A DNA stretch of 63,487 nucleotides, filler included, from Choristocarpus tenellus KU-1152 (Eukaryota > Protista > Phaeophyceae): the NCBI GenBank assembly GCA_964200185.2. It is 8 parts of 8 records of this genome, joined end to end, with 100 filler letters (N's around TTAATTAATTAA, not from the genome) between each part and the next. Parts side by side here need not be neighbours in the genome. Positions count along the whole stretch, not along the records: positions 44,169 to 52,898 come from CAXNAD020004396.1; positions 52,999 to 56,705 come from CAXNAD020018394.1; positions 56,806 to 63,487 come from CAXNAD020007574.1; 5 more parts are not named here. One strand, written 5' to 3'. Of the stretch, positions 52,599 to 63,487 are shown piece after piece. The position numbers and the translations under genes are program-made. Numbering within the stretch: the stretch's first letter is position 1; each line of letters opens with the position of its first letter. The notes below the pieces were generated by a model. That model worked only from the letters and a program-made list of their open reading frames with translations, made no database searches and was not told the DNA's origin.

Positions 52599-52857
52599 GA
52601 GTGAAAGTATCTTAGATGGTAAGAATTTTGCCCTGTTTGTCCATTTGGAGCTTAGCTTCCCACGTTTTTTTTTTATGACATTTGCTACTCCGAAATGTTT
52701 CAGAGTAAGAAAAATGTATACGTGATGAAAAGGTGTGTCGGGAACAAGGATATTGACACTTCCTAACAAACACAATAGCCAGAATTACATCAAAATCGCA
52801 ACGTTGGATTTTGGCCCCCAAACGGACCCGGCTCTACCCTCTAATATACTTTGACTC
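52599..52857 (-). mobile_element. MITE family A copy 9
   Basis: TIRs and body match the consensus. Confidence 0.92.
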
Positions 52858-52998
52858 ATTTATTGAAAGCACTGTAGCGCACCTAGCAGGTCAGCAAGNN
52901 NNNNNNNNNNNNNNNNNNNNNNNNNNNNNNNNNNNNNNNNNNTTAATTAATTAANNNNNNNNNNNNNNNNNNNNNNNNNNNNNNNNNNNNNNNNNNNN

Positions 52999-53447
52999 CT
53001 TTTCTTCAGCCCGGATTTTCCTCACCGTCCTTTCGGCAATGTGGAATTTTTCTGCAGCGAAAGTGACTTTGAGCTACTTGTTCTTGAGGTGGTCAAGCAC
53101 TTCTGATTTCGTGTTCAACGTCAAATTGGACTGCTTTGTTCCATGGCCCCTCCTGGAAGGAGCACTAGATTTCTGTCTGCAGCTTCCAGCTGCAGCACCA
53201 GACGAGCTACCGTTCAGCGAGCCGAGCAATTAAGCCGATAACAATGCACCCTTACCGTCAGCACCCACGACTTGCTGCAGTGCCAAGCACTGCACCTCAC
53301 AAACGTTTGCAGTCATCGTCAAGTTCGGGATCCTTTACATCACATATACCATGGAGGTATCCACCGCACTTACCGCACTTGTGGATTGTGTACAAAGGCG
53401 AACCCGATGTGTTTGAAGACATCTTGCAGAGGTTTCCCGCTGCACAA
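52999..53447 (-). pseudogene. pogo/Tigger-like transposase N-terminus (Cys-rich finger plus CENP-B-type HTH), degraded
   Basis: CAAGNLC...HKCGKCGGYLHGIC, then LTLNTKSEVLDHL...AAEKFHIAERTVRKIR. Confidence 0.6.
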
Positions 53448-53632
53448 GGGCACTTTTCGCGACAATTTTTTTCGCGCGCGCCACTCTCGCGTGAATTTCT
53501 CTGGGATTTTGTACCAAATCGCCCGAATACGAGAATTCCGGTACAAAAGACTATTTTTATTAGTATGTCGAAACAAGCGGTACAAAATGGGTTTGGTACA
53601 CAATATTTGGTATAAAATCGGTGTAGGTACTG
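53447..53632 (-). repeat. Dispersed repeat family D
   Basis: Reverse complement of 7720-7915. Confidence 0.75.
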
Positions 53633-53756
53633 TACTGTATATTTCTTTTGGGCTACTAATGACATATGTATAGTTCAATCCCGGCTACGTCAAATTGTTT
53701 CAGTGACTACGCAAGTGGCATTGTCTCGACATGTCATGCGCTTTAAACTAGAGTCA

Positions 53757-54280
53757 CCAGGGAGATGGGCACGGAGGGATTTGTTGGATTCTTGGGATGC
53801 CTCCCTAGCTTCCCCCCCCGGGGCTCAGGAGTAGGTAGATAGGAAGCACAGGAAGACAGTAGAACAATATTGATAATGGTGAAGTAACTGATAGATTAGT
53901 GGTGGTTTTCACACTTACAGCGTTTTGCAGTGTTTTCACATTTATGATATTTTATTTCTTTAGGCCTAATAATGACATATGTATAGTTTTCATTGGTTTT
54001 CCCCCGGACACATCTATCTGCAAAATGTCAGAGGGCATAATAATAAAATATGGTAAGACTACCACTACAAGAACAGTACTACTATTTTTATTATTATGCC
54101 CTCTGACATTTTGCAGATGAAGAACAGTACTACTATTATTATTATTATGCCATCTGACATTTTGCAGATGAAGAACAGTACTACTATTTTTATTATTATG
54201 TAGTTATAGTGTATATAGTTTCCATTGGTTTTCTCCTAACACATCTGCAAAATGTCAGAGGGCATAATAAAATAATATAT
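53757..54280 (+). mobile_element. Family C element with (TAA)n tail and rearranged (inverted and tandem) tail copies
   Basis: Matches 8019-8228 and 21712-21945; tail GGGCATAATAATAAAATA. Confidence 0.7.
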
Positions 54281-55162
54281 ATACATGTCGTTAATAGCCC
54301 TAAAGACTAGTCTTACCTTGTTCTATAACTTGGGAGTATTTATTTATTGTAACGGACGCTGTTTTAACACCTAACATTAAAATTACTTGTTGACTCGTCA
54401 TATCAAACAATGATACAACATATGTATATATACTATGTGCAATGTTGAGACAACACTTCAATATGTCAACACCCAACCATACGTGTAACAAACCATGTTG
54501 AACGATCTGGGATTTAGGACGTATTCAGGTGGAACTTGTTCGCTCTTATATTCACATGTCCACCTTCAGGGAATCTGACTTCTTCTGACCCTGACCAAAC
54601 CGCGTAGTTGCTTTTCATTAATAGCAATTTTAGTTGCTTGGTTTGCAACAGTAGGCTTGATGGTGTCATAGCCTCCCCTTGCCTTGTTGAAGATATTACT
54701 AATACTACGTATTACTACGCGGGACATAGTGGATATTGTAACTGTCGTCACACACACCTTCTCTTCCAACCCTAGCCCTTAGTCCATCTGTAGAATAACA
54801 ACGTGTTGTCAAACAATATTGAGGGGATGGTTAACCCAGAATATTATTTTTTTGTGTTGTTTTAGTAGGGCCCTGTGATGCCTCCATAATTACGCAATTA
54901 GAATTCCCGTTTGTCCACTTTGAAGGTCGAAGTTACACACACCTACACATGTAGTTTTAATTTGGTCATCATTTTTTTCATAGGCAGTACACACACACAC
55001 CCTGTCCTTTCCCTCGTGATACTGCTCAAGTACCGTTGCCTCCTTCCTCTCGTGCACCCCCCCCTATGTTCCCCACTCAGCATTGTATCCTACAGTACCA
55101 TATCCTGACTGTAGAAAGTAGGCAGTAGCACACCATTGTTGTTGAAAGCGCGACACAGGGAT

Positions 55163-55425
55163 GAGTGAAAGTATCTTAGAGGGTACGAGTTTTTCCCTGT
55201 TTGTCCATTTGGGACTTGGCTTGCCACGGATTTTTAATGACATTTCACCTACTTCAAAACATATTGGAAAAGGTAAAATGTGTACGTTATGAAAAGGTGT
55301 GTCCGGAACAAGGATATTGACACTTCCTAACAAACACAATAGCCAAAATTACATCAAAATGGCAACATTGGATTTTGGCCCCCAAATGGACGTGGCTCTA
55401 CCCTAACCCTAAGATACTTTGGCTC
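55163..55425 (-). mobile_element. MITE family A copy 10 (TIR contains CCCTAACCCTAA)
   Basis: TIRs and body match the consensus. Confidence 0.92.
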
Positions 55426-55429
55426 GTAC

Positions 55430-56631
55430 CAACAAAAACAACACGAATCTCTCCTTTTCTAGCTGAGTCCCTCAGAAAATGGTGTCGGACATCTATGTGC
55501 TTTTACAAGATCTAGTAGAGCTTGTGGAATTTCGTACCATCATTTCCTCAAACGTGTCAATGCAAGGCCTAGAAAACTGTGGCTGAATAAACTCAAAAAC
55601 GCTTCTCAAGAAAAGTAACTCCTGTGCCACACTGCTAAGAGCTATACACTCACTCTCCGTGGAAGACAAAGCTACAATTCTTTGTACCTTTGACATCCCA
55701 AGATATTGCTCCTCCCTGCAAACATTATTTTTCCTCCAGTCGATGATCTACGATCATTCCGGTCTCCAGTATAACTAGTATATGCACTCAACTCACAGTA
55801 TCAAAACCACCAATACTCAATCCAACACTGGGACATGTGTATTCAAGCATGCTAAAGTACATATCACTGCACGCCAATGTGTGACTTTGGGATTACTACT
55901 GTACTTGGCGACCTCACGAACTGCATTTGTAATGTCTAGCCTAGTCGTAACAGATACCCACATTAAACTTCCAACTGCCTCTCTGTACGGTGTACTTTCA
56001 TCAACACTTCGAGTGAAAGTACCTTAGAGGGTACGAGTTTTGCCCTATTCGTCCATTTTGGGGCTTGGCTTCCCACGGATTTAAAACGACAATGTATATG
56101 TTATGAAAAGGAGTGTCCGGAACAAGGATATTGACATCTCCTAGCAAACATGATAGCCAAAATTACATCAAATTGCAACATTGGATTTCGGTCCCCAAAT
56201 GGACATGGCTCTACCCTCTAAGATACTTCGACTCTTTTGGATGATCCTTACTCTTGTCCAAAGTCCTTGAGAGATCATGGGGTACCGACCTCTTCTTTCC
56301 TCCATCCATACCAAATCTTTGACAAATAATTCTTAATGTACCTAGTCTGACTGATGGTGGCAGTCTGTGCAATTCTGTCATGTGAAATCTCGCAATACAT
56401 ATATTACTCAAGATCACCAAAATCTTCTATGAAAAAATGCTCCTTAATCCTACAGCAAACCCAAATCAAGACATAATTTGTACCTGCTACCAAAAGATCG
56501 TCAACATAAGGGGTTATCACACCACAAAAAATGTCATCTCTTACGTAGCGTAGCACACACGGATCTGCTCTGCATTGCTCAAAGCCACGCTGTTCCAAAA
56601 CGTGCACCAACCGATTCTTAAACTCCCTCCT
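55430..56631 (-). mobile_element. Copia RT/RNase H remnant
   Basis: GFEQCRADPCV, YVDDLL, YREAVGSLMW, QRIVALSSTESE. Confidence 0.9.
56011..56234 (-). mobile_element. MITE family A copy 11 (internal hairpin deleted), nested in Copia
   Basis: TIRs intact; GACA-ATGT junction replaces the hairpin. Confidence 0.9.
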
Positions 56632-56821
56632 GGCTGAAAGTATCTGGGAGGGGGTGGCGGCTGTCCATTTGGGGTCAATTTTTTCATGTCGCGATTTTTC
56701 GGTTANNNNNNNNNNNNNNNNNNNNNNNNNNNNNNNNNNNNNNNNNNNNTTAATTAATTAANNNNNNNNNNNNNNNNNNNNNNNNNNNNNNNNNNNNNNN
56801 NNNNNCCAGATACTTGCGGCT
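56632..56821 (-). mobile_element. MITE family B ends on either side of a contig break
   Basis: GGCTGAAAGTATCTGGGAGGGG before the gap and CCAGATACTT after it; may be two different copies. Confidence 0.65.
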
Positions 56822-57339
56822 GATAGACTTGAAGCAGTCGCGACCGAAAGCGTGGTGGAAGAAAACTCGATGTGTCTTTAGTCATGCGACAACCTCATCT
56901 TGGGAAGCAGATGGTGAAGGTAAATCCTTACCCGAATGGTGTCAACCTGTATCGCTCGCTCTCTCTGTGGCTAAAGAAGATGTGGATTGGGGCATATGCA
57001 AATTACCTTGGGAGGTAATGCTATTTGTTAGTAGTGAAGATAAGAAGGTGTGAAGCCTCACACGACCCCCTTTGCTGAACGTGATTACATGGTTGAAATT
57101 GGAAGAGTGACCTTTGTGTATGGTGTCTTCTCATTGCTTGTTTATTATTTATTTGTGGTTCCTATCTGAGTCAACGGTCATGTCAAAGTTAGTTGAATGC
57201 AGAATAAACACCAATACATAATTCCATATATAATCTGGATGTACAATTTTATTAGTTACATCACATGGACTCAATTCAACACAACAATCTCATATATACA
57301 AAAATACGGTACACCTCACTATTGTCCTATTTTGCACAG

Positions 57340-59110
57340 GTCACAGACTGGGGGACGGGTGTTACTGGTCGAATAGGTATGGATGCATTGTTCTTAGGGA
57401 TGAACGAGGTCCCATGCTTCCCAGGAACAGAATCAGGTTAGTTTGTCAAGGCAGCACAGACAGTGGGCAGGGGGTTTGGGGACAAATCAGGTTGGAGCAT
57501 CGGCGTGAGGGCCGCCAGCACACTGTTGACCACCTCTTGGTATGGCTGTGAGTTCAGGCTTGGCACCTCTCGTGGCAAGGGTGTCCTGCTATGGTGGGGT
57601 GGTCCTAGTTCCTGTCTGCTGATCGGAGTTCAACTGGCAGACAAAGGGTTGGACATGCTTGTAAACATAGCACGACCATCAGCCATCCTACCTGAAGCAG
57701 TGGGTGTCTTATCCTTGTACAACGCTGATTTTGTAGCATTGGATTGGTCGGGACAAATACGTACTGGTCGCTACGATTGGACAATTTCTGCATTAGATCG
57801 TCAAAGATTCGTTCTGCTTTAATTCCCCGCTGTACCATTTAGGATTATTATGAGAAATTGCCGGTGGGCGAATTTGACTCCGGATTTCTTTGCACAATGA
57901 AAATATCATCGATTGTTCTCCAATCTGATCTAGAACATTAGGAAGAAGAATAGGAAGAGCTCGTTGACATATATCAATGAGTTGGTGTTCACATATACCT
58001 CCAAAAGAAAGTTGTCTCGCAGACATGAGGCATCGGCGAATCTACGGTGCATGCTCAATAGTGTAAAACAAGACAGTTGGCTGCAACTTTCCATGATTTC
58101 CCTCTCTCTGTCCTTAAATAACTCATTGCATTCTTTACTGCGTTTTTCGATTGGCTGTACGAAAGAGTACATTCTTTCACCAGGATACGAACCCACTCAT
58201 AGCCATCATGTCTTCCTGAGGAACCCGGAGGAGTTCTCCGGTGACGGTCGGGACTTCCACTGTAGAGGAGTCACTCAGGAGATCGCTGTGGGGGTCCTGA
58301 GAGAGTCAGACAGTAGTTGCTCAAGAAGCTCGATGCGGAAAGGGGTTAAGGGCATCACTTCGTGGATGTGATGGATTACAATAGTGGGCATGGTCTTTAG
58401 GTAAGGCCCATGATCCTCCTTGAACCCTCCCTAGAGCCTTGGTAAGAGCATCAGCGAAGAAAACAGGGTTATTGGACATGGTTGGGGCGGAGGTATCTGT
58501 AGCTATTTCAAGAAAAACGGGGCCGTTGGCAGGGCCTCCAAGTTTCTTATGAATGCGTTCCATGGTTTTAACACAATCTTGGTGATAATACATGTCAAGG
58601 TTTCGAGAGGTCTATCCCGCTGCTGCCTACTGGATTGTGACTCATTCGACTCAGCTCGTGCATGCAACTCATACATTTCTCTTTGCAACTGTGCTTTGAC
58701 CTCTCTGTGCCGACGTACCGTACTCAGGCTATTCCTCCATGATGGCCTGGGTGATACAGACCTGGGTAGAGAATAATAACAGATCTGACAATGATGTCTA
58801 GGTGAACGGGTGTGGCCTCTGCGTTCTTCTCTGGTCCTCCGTCCGTTTCAATGAGAGTGCCTGTCCCGGGATCTCGACCTAGAGCGGGATCTACCATGAG
58901 TGGAAGACCGGAAATGAACGCGTTTCTCTGCGCCTGCCTCGGCGTTCAACAGAGTGGGCACGGCTGCGGGCAGATTTTTTTGGGGTATGGTACTGGACTG
59001 GAATCTCTCCGAACCATCGATTCCTTGAAGAATCTGTGGGTCGGAGACAATATCAACTTCCTGCGAATGCTGTGAACCTGAGAAATAAAGGGCAAGGTGG
59101 CACACAAAAA
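57340..59110 (-). pseudogene. Degraded ORF of an unknown element (Arg/Ser-rich N-terminus, coiled coil; possibly gag-like)
   Basis: Chain of coding-like minus-strand fragments with stops; no catalytic motif recognised. Confidence 0.35.
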
Positions 59111-60115
59111 GAGAACAGGGATATGAGTAGGTGAATGAAGACCAATTAACTACCTAGGCAATGTCTCTACCATGGTGGTCAGAGACCACTCGTCGTACAA
59201 CTATAGGTGGATAATGTTTCCCGTGGAGCCACAGATGCCATTCCCACCTATGGAGACGACGAGGTCAAGGAGAAGAAAATCCAAGTAGAAAAAATTATAT
59301 CCAGGCGATCGTAGGAAACTACCAAGAATCCTAAGTGCTGAGGTGAATACTGAGTATTCTCTCCAGTTTGAAGAGAGGTGGTAGGACCTCCACGTTACAA
59401 CACGCCCCAGAATTCACCTCCACAGGATGTGCAACTCTAATCCAACGACCTCAAAACGACGCTATGGGGGTGTGACTCTTGGTGACAGCTACTTGGGGGC
59501 GTCAGACAGTCTTTTCTCAATGCTTCACTCAGTGCTTAGCTCAATACTCGACTTAATATTTCGTTCAAGATCAAAGACTGAAAGAGGGGTAATGGATGGT
59601 TTCCAAAAGTCCTCTCTTATATTATCATCATCTACCCGTTTTCTACGGACCATAAGGTAAAAGATACGTGTAAACTGCTGTATACATACTCCAATCATAA
59701 CCTTTGTTCTGTAACTTCTAAGAATTTTAACGTTTCTTTTGTAAGGTTACGTATGCATTACGAATCTTACTTTACATCTTCTAAGAAATCGGCATTTATT
59801 CTGCAAGGCTACCTATGTGCTACTAATCTCGTATACTGCTCGCGCTTGCTAGAACGCGAGAAGAAATGCTCGCGCTATTCGCTTGTAACATTTCTTGCTG
59901 TTGGTAACCGTGGAATATCGGCAAACCATGCGTAACCATGTTCAACAATCCTTCCGTGCAGATGATATGCCACATGAGTATGTTTCCTTTGATGATATAT
60001 TGGATTAGGAGTATGTACACTGACTGGCATCAATGTTTGACCTCTCTATACTATACTGACCACAAAGACAAGGGGTGGGATGATGCCTGACCACCCAGTC
60101 AGTACACAGGCACCT

Positions 60116-60376
60116 GAGTGAAAGTATCTTAGAGGGTACGAGTTTTTCCCTCTTTGTCCATTTGGGGCTTGGCTTCCCACGGGTTTTTAATGACTTTTTA
60201 CCAACTCCAAAATGTTCTGGAGTAGTTAAAATGTATGTGTTATGAAAAGGTGTGTCTGGAACAAGGATATTAACATCTCTTAACAAACATCACATAGCCA
60301 AAACTACATCAAAATTGCAACATTGGATTTTGGACCCCAAATGAACGCTACTCTACCCTCTAAGATACTTTGTCTC
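60116..60376 (-). mobile_element. MITE family A copy 12
   Basis: TIRs present; TSD ACCT/ACGT. Confidence 0.92.
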
Positions 60377-61959
60377 ACGTATTGATCGACTTACTCTCGT
60401 ATATCTACCACTGGGGCACAGAATAGAATACACACATAGGATAACAAGATGCATCTACCATTAATTGTGATACACTTCCTTATCGCTCAATACCACTAGT
60501 TATTTGAAGTTGCATTTCTGGTTAGCTGCTCCAAACTGTATTTGCAGCTCCACCGGTGGTGTCAACGCGTATCCCAGCACCAATTACTAACAAACCAATC
60601 GTTCAAATTCCTCAAACAAGCCAAACCAATGAGAGGTAGGGAGGTTTGGACCCTTTTGCGTTCCATTCCATCTTTCTTACCCTGTGCAATACAGTCAATC
60701 TCATTCCTTCATTTGCACAACAGTGTATGCAAAGTTGATATTCCCCCTTTCCACACATAAAATGACACCACAATTTGGCAAAGACCTTCTCCGTGATTGC
60801 ACAAGGTGGCATCCTTTTGTCCTGCCTACCTCTCAGTTGATTTGACTCAAACATAATGTGGGTTCCTAGCTACTCTTTCACCATGCCACACTGTACCAGT
60901 CCAAAATGCTCTAGTACTAGTGCCAAGGCCTTAACATGCGATTGTTCCAATACTGTGACCTTACAATTTAATAATATTACAACGTTGAAAAGAAATGCTA
61001 CTTTCAAATGACCTTGCCGACCAAATTTGAAAGCTTCGCAGGTCTTGGCACACAGACTATTTCCAAGCCGAGGTACATAATGACTCATTATGTGGTGTGT
61101 ACATAAGAACAGTACAAGCAGCCCTTTCAAGCACATCATGCGATTTAGCTGTATATAACAGGCTGGTGGACCAGGTGGGGCCTGACCAACTTCTGGGATT
61201 CTGGTAGTGGTATATGTTTGTTTTTGTATGGAGTTTTATCAAATATTTTATATAACAAGGTGTGTGTCGCAAAAAATACAAATTCTTGTTGTGTTTGAGT
61301 CAAAGTAAACGAGAGGTACCCAGGGTTACGTTTTAAGGATGCCGACAAATACCATGGAAAACGGATAAAATTACTGTACTTAACCGGGGGGGGGGTTACG
61401 AAATTACCACTACCATACTGTCAACAACATTTCACAGAATACTGTGCCGTACCGGACCGCACCGCTCCGTAGTTTTTGTTCAAAGCCGCTGTTACCGTAC
61501 GATATAATACCGTTTCATGGTAGACAATACCGTATCATACCTTACTTTTTCCAAAATTCCCATAACTGCACCATACAATATGTTCTATGGTAGAACTTTA
61601 TATACAGCGCAGGAGGCAAAATGTTGACACCAGACATGCCCTTACCTGCCCCAGGGCAGGAGGCCAGGTTCAACAATACACCCCTATGGTGAAGCGTCTC
61701 AGTCAACTATGTAAGGGAATGTGCATCCTTCTGTTCCTGGTCGTGAAACTGGTTGAGGTGGGTGATGAGCCCGGCCGTGCCATCCTTGGAGTTGTGAGTG
61801 AGGAGATGCCCCCATTCCACCCGTTTCCCTTTTTTGACGACCAAGACGGCACACCTTTCAAGAAGCAAGATTTTTTTACATGTTCGTAGTTTATGAGTGT
61901 ATTGTGCAGAAACTACAAGGTTGCTCAACAAATCTCGAGCAAAATAGGGCAGCTTACAC

Positions 61960-63420
61960 CTATCGTTGATTCCACCCCTGAAGCCCTCCAAAACTCCATT
62001 CCAGCACTGTATTTCGCCGCATCCGAGTCAAAGTATCTTAGAGGGTAGAGCTGCGTCCAATTGGGGGCCAAAATCCAATGTTGCGATTTTGATGTAATTT
62101 TGGCTATCATTTTTGTTAAGTTTCAATATCCTTGTTCCAGACACACCTTTCATAACGTATGCATTTTAATTACCGAAACATTTTGGAGTAGGAAAATGTA
62201 ACAAAAAAAAAACATGGGAAGCCAAGCCCCAAATGGACAAATGGGGCAAAACTTGTACCCTCTAAGATACTTTCGCTCATCCACCAGGGGATTCAGTGGG
62301 AAAGTTGGCCGCCTTCTCAGCCTTTTCCTCATCAAGACGGGGAATTTTGAAGATGTTGTCATCGTTGGACCCTAGCACTTCACCATAGGCTGTGAAGAGG
62401 CTCTGTCAGACACGCTCTAGTCTCTCCTGGGGGTACACATCGAACACCTCCATTGTGGCCTCCACCTGTTCCTCTCTGTTGGTCACCTCCACGCCTTCCT
62501 TCAGTGGCTGGACGGAATGAAAGAGTCCCAGGTCATTGATGTTGAGGTCAGGTGAGTTGACTGGCTTGGTCCCTATAACAATGTCGTCCCTCGCCGCCTC
62601 CACGATTGCCTCCATGGCCCCCCCCTTTGTGTGTGGCTTTGCCCTGTCCTGCTACACAAAGATGGTGTATCCTTCCGGCCGAGGCATGTGGCATTGATTG
62701 CTGGGATGACATCCTCGATTATTAGCTTTTTATACCTCTCCCCATCCACCGTGCCTGGCACAAGCACTAACTTGGGGCAGTGTTTGCTGGAGTGCTGAGA
62801 GACCTTAATGTCCCCGATTGGTCAGATCCTGATTTTCTGATCGAACCACACCCCTTTGGTGAGCTGTAATGCAGTGCCCTTTCTGCGCCTGTGGGTGTTT
62901 GGATGGGTCTTCAGTCGGGTCCAGGTACACATCTTGCCCATTCTTGAGGATGTAAAATCACTTCTTGTCTACATGTACCCAGCAATACAGATGGCCCACT
63001 AATACCCCATTTCCCTCCATCCTGCGTGTGTGGCTGGCGATGAAACCCACCCTGTTGAATTTCTGCTGGTCTGAGAGGACTAGCTTCATCAACCGCTTGA
63101 CCTTCTCGTGCTTACACATACCCTACAATGAGGCAAGGAAGACCCTAGCTTTGACCGCTTATTTGTGGAAGGATGTGCTGTGTACTGATGGGGCATCCCA
63201 AACATCAAATATAATTGTACGGCAGCCACATCGCCCCTTGTCTTGTCATGCAAGGTCCATGCATTCACCCCGTGCAATCTGACCGTCACACTCCTTCAGA
63301 TGACGGAACACAGTGATTCGGAAAATCCCAAAGTCCTTCACCATGGTCGCCACCGTCCACTGAGGCATCCAACTCTCATGCCCTCTTGTCTCCAGGCATG
63401 GTGCCATGACGCTGTTCATT
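61960..63420 (-). mobile_element. Mariner-like (plant/oomycete DD39D-type) transposase pseudogene
   Basis: WVHVDKK*FY, QQDRAKPH, PVNSPDLNINDLGLFHS. Confidence 0.85.
62025..62278 (+). mobile_element. MITE family A copy 13, nested in the mariner 3' end
   Basis: TIRs present; perfect TSD ATCC/ATCC. Confidence 0.93.
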
Positions 63421-63487
63421 GTCAGGGTGTTTTGAGTCCTGACCCCGGACAGACTTCTGGGTCGAAAGAATTGGGACTGGTGGGCGA

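Noticed and set aside
61587-61889. HALTCPRAGG fragment resembling the C-terminal zinc knuckle of a CRE-like retrotransposon
   Set aside because: Too short and degraded to support as a feature.

Overview
Eukaryotic DNA, almost certainly from a brown alga. The window is eight separate contigs joined by artificial 100-bp linkers (N44-TTAATTAATTAA-N44). I reconstructed four intron-rich minus-strand host genes by hand from GT-AG boundaries and reading phase: a mannuronan C5-epimerase (4 exons, 4114-7102), the 5' part of a GT48 1,3-beta-glucan synthase (10 exons, 8560-20809), part of a carbamoyl-phosphate synthetase large chain (7 exons, 22519-32930) and a CPSF30-like CCCH zinc-finger gene (4 exons, 44169-47596). 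The rest is mostly transposon debris (Copia, chromodomain Gypsy, RTE-like LINE, pogo, mariner, PIF-like). It includes 13 full copies and one fragment of a ~255-bp MITE with 23-bp TIRs, 4-bp TSDs and an internal hairpin, plus a second MITE family with the same terminal motifs. Three signals stand out. (1) Short TTAGGG tracts are scattered through the window, and in four places a homologous copy suggests they replaced telomere-like seed sequence after the fact, which points to telomerase-linked repair. (2) A splice acceptor of the glucan synthase gene has been tandemly amplified 16-fold. (3) The repeats show strong CpG decay, implying cytosine methylation. All family assignments come from recalled motifs, not database searches.
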